NCBI RefSeq assembly: GCF_006345805.1
Contig: NC_043006.1
Location: 101,432,001-101,496,000 of the forward strand
Direction: 5' to 3'
DNA length: 64,000 nt
Source: Octopus sinensis
Taxonomy: Eukaryota
Of the stretch, positions 62,196-64,000 are shown piece after piece. The notes beneath the pieces were generated by a model that was not told the origin of the DNA, did no database searches, and worked only from the letters and a program-made list of their open reading frames with translations. Made by a program: the position numbers and the translations under genes. The stretch's first letter is position 1. Each line of letters begins with the position of its first letter.

Positions 62196-62243
62196 GTTCA
62201 CCGTTATCACTTCAATAAGCATTTAGTCTTTAAATCTAAACAG
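62196..62243 (+). CDS. Candidate 48-nt exon VHRYHFNKHLVFKSKQ
   Basis: tatcatatctcttgttag acceptor; CAG/gtctgg donor (weak); open in phase 0. Confidence 0.2.
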
Positions 62244-62417
62244 GTCTGGGTGAATTCTTTTATTATGTTATATTTGGCACTTATCTAAAGTTTCTGAATT
62301 CCAGAGAGGGACTTATTTTCTAAAACCCACCGAGCTGAGATCTGTTTGGATCCAGACAGATTAAAGAGATTTGTTGCTCTGAAAATTATTGGAATCTGAT
62401 GTTGGTATAATTATTGT

Positions 62418-62760
62418 GTGAAGGCGCATGGCTCAGTGGTTAGAGCGTCAAGCTTACGATCATGAGGTTGTGAGCTCAAATCCCAGACTGGGCTGCGTGT
62501 TGTGTTCTTGAGCAAGACACTTTATTTCACATTGCTCCAGTTCACTCAGCTGTAGAAATGAGTTGCAACATCACTGGTGCCAAGCTGTATCGGCCCCTTT
62601 GCCTTTCCTTTGGATAACACTGGTGGTGTGGAGAGGGGATGCCGGTATGCATGGGCAACTGCTGGTCTTCCATAAGCAAACTTGCCCGGACTTGTGCCTG
62701 GGAGGGTAACTTTTTAGGTGCAATCCTATGGTCTGTGTCATGACTGAAGGGGGTCTCAGA
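62418..62760 (+). mobile_element. tRNA-derived SINE with 11-bp TSD
   Basis: Head gaaggcgcatggctcagtggttagagcg..gagctcaaatccc; TSD ataattattgt at 62407-62417 and 62761-62771. Confidence 0.9.
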
Positions 62761-63521
62761 ATAATTATTGTACAAACTGTCCAGTTTAAAACTCCTACTC
62801 ATTTATATATGAGTATATGCAAGTGTGTGTGTGTGTGTGTGCAAGGGGTCTAAGGAAGTTTAATGTCTGTGTGTGTGTGTGTGTGTGCATGTAGATGTAT
62901 GTGTGTGTACATTTGTTTCTTTGTTGCTCTGTTTGCATTATTTGTGTAGGTACTTATTTGAAATAATTGTTTTATAGTTGGATAATTTTCCTTTTGTTCA
63001 ATCATTACTTGTTTCATATGTAGAGGCTTTTTCCCCCCATAACTCTGAGAATGCAGAGCTACAGGGCATAACATCCACTTCAAATGCAGACACAACACCA
63101 TCAAACAATCTCATGTGAAAAGTAGAAATGATAACTTTTGCGCATGTATGTGCACGTACAGGAAGCCTTGCATGTAGTTTCTATCTAATAGTTATGCTTG
63201 CAAAGCATAGGAGAAGATACTTGTCCTTGGTGTCATGCAGTGGAGCCGAACCTAAAAGGATCTGGTTGTAAAGTGAATGTCTTAATCGCACTCCCATGCC
63301 AACACTTCTCTATCTGTATCATCTTCATCATCATCACTTTTACATCCATGCTTGCATCGATCAGATGGAATTCATCAAGGCACACTTTTATGTCCCTTCT
63401 TGTTGCTAGCTACCACCCGTTTCCCAAGTATGGTAATATTTATTCAGAAGATTGAAGATCAACTGTTATATGTTGTCTAGACAGAGATGCAAACAAACAC
63501 ACCTATGCACATGCATACATA

Positions 63522-63564
<43 letters not shown>

Positions 63565-63579
63565 GTGTGTGTGTGTGCA

Positions 63580-63850
63580 TGAAGACACATAGCCTAGTGG
63601 TTAGGAGTTTGTACTCACAATTGTGAGATTGTGATTTCGACTCCTAGACTGGATGTTGTGTTATGTTCTTGAGCAAAATGCTTCATTTCATGTTGCTCTG
63701 TGATCATTTCGAGACCTAACACATGATACACTTGTGCACCTGCACAAACGATGTTGATTTGATGTATGGAATGTGCTTATGTGAACACAAACATTTGATC
63801 GTTATAAATAAGCCATTTGTGTGATTGTTCAGCAAGAATTGTGGAAACTA
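63580..63850 (+). mobile_element. tRNA-derived SINE (degenerate)
   Basis: tagcctagtggttagg..gatttcgactcc..gttcttgagcaaaatgctt; head and core related to 62418-62760. Confidence 0.7.
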
Positions 63851-63943
63851 CCTGTCATTTAATGATGGAAGAGTCCATAATGGCGGTGCCCCAGCATGGC
63901 CACAGCTCGTGAGCTGAAACTAGATAAAATAAAAAATAAAAAT

Positions 63944-63947
<4 letters not shown>

Positions 63948-64000
<53 letters not shown>
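63948..64000. repeat. (CA)n microsatellite
   Basis: Direct read; runs off the end of the window. Confidence 0.95.

Overview
AT-rich, repeat-dense eukaryotic genomic DNA with no long intact gene, rRNA, bona fide tRNA or CRISPR array. The repeat families and TA/CA microsatellite load look like an Octopus genome (inference from memory of these families; no search was run). Most ORFs in the supplied track are microsatellite or SINE artefacts. Supported content: several tRNA-derived SINE families, Penelope-like element (PLE) remnants (RT and GIY-YIG), RTE and CR1/L2-type LINE fragments, Helitron-type non-autonomous elements, TTAA/piggyBac-type MITEs, two mariner remnants, and a near-full-length DD36E Tc1 element nested in the terminal repeat of an older MITE. 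Most notable: six hammerhead-ribozyme-like motifs, including one at the 3' end of a tRNA-headed element; a pair of candidate exons encoding a G-KR/KR neuropeptide-precursor-like C-terminus; and candidate microexons on both strands. All alignments were done by eye. Ends of degenerate repeats are approximate (about 10-20 bp), and exon calls are unverified without RNA data.
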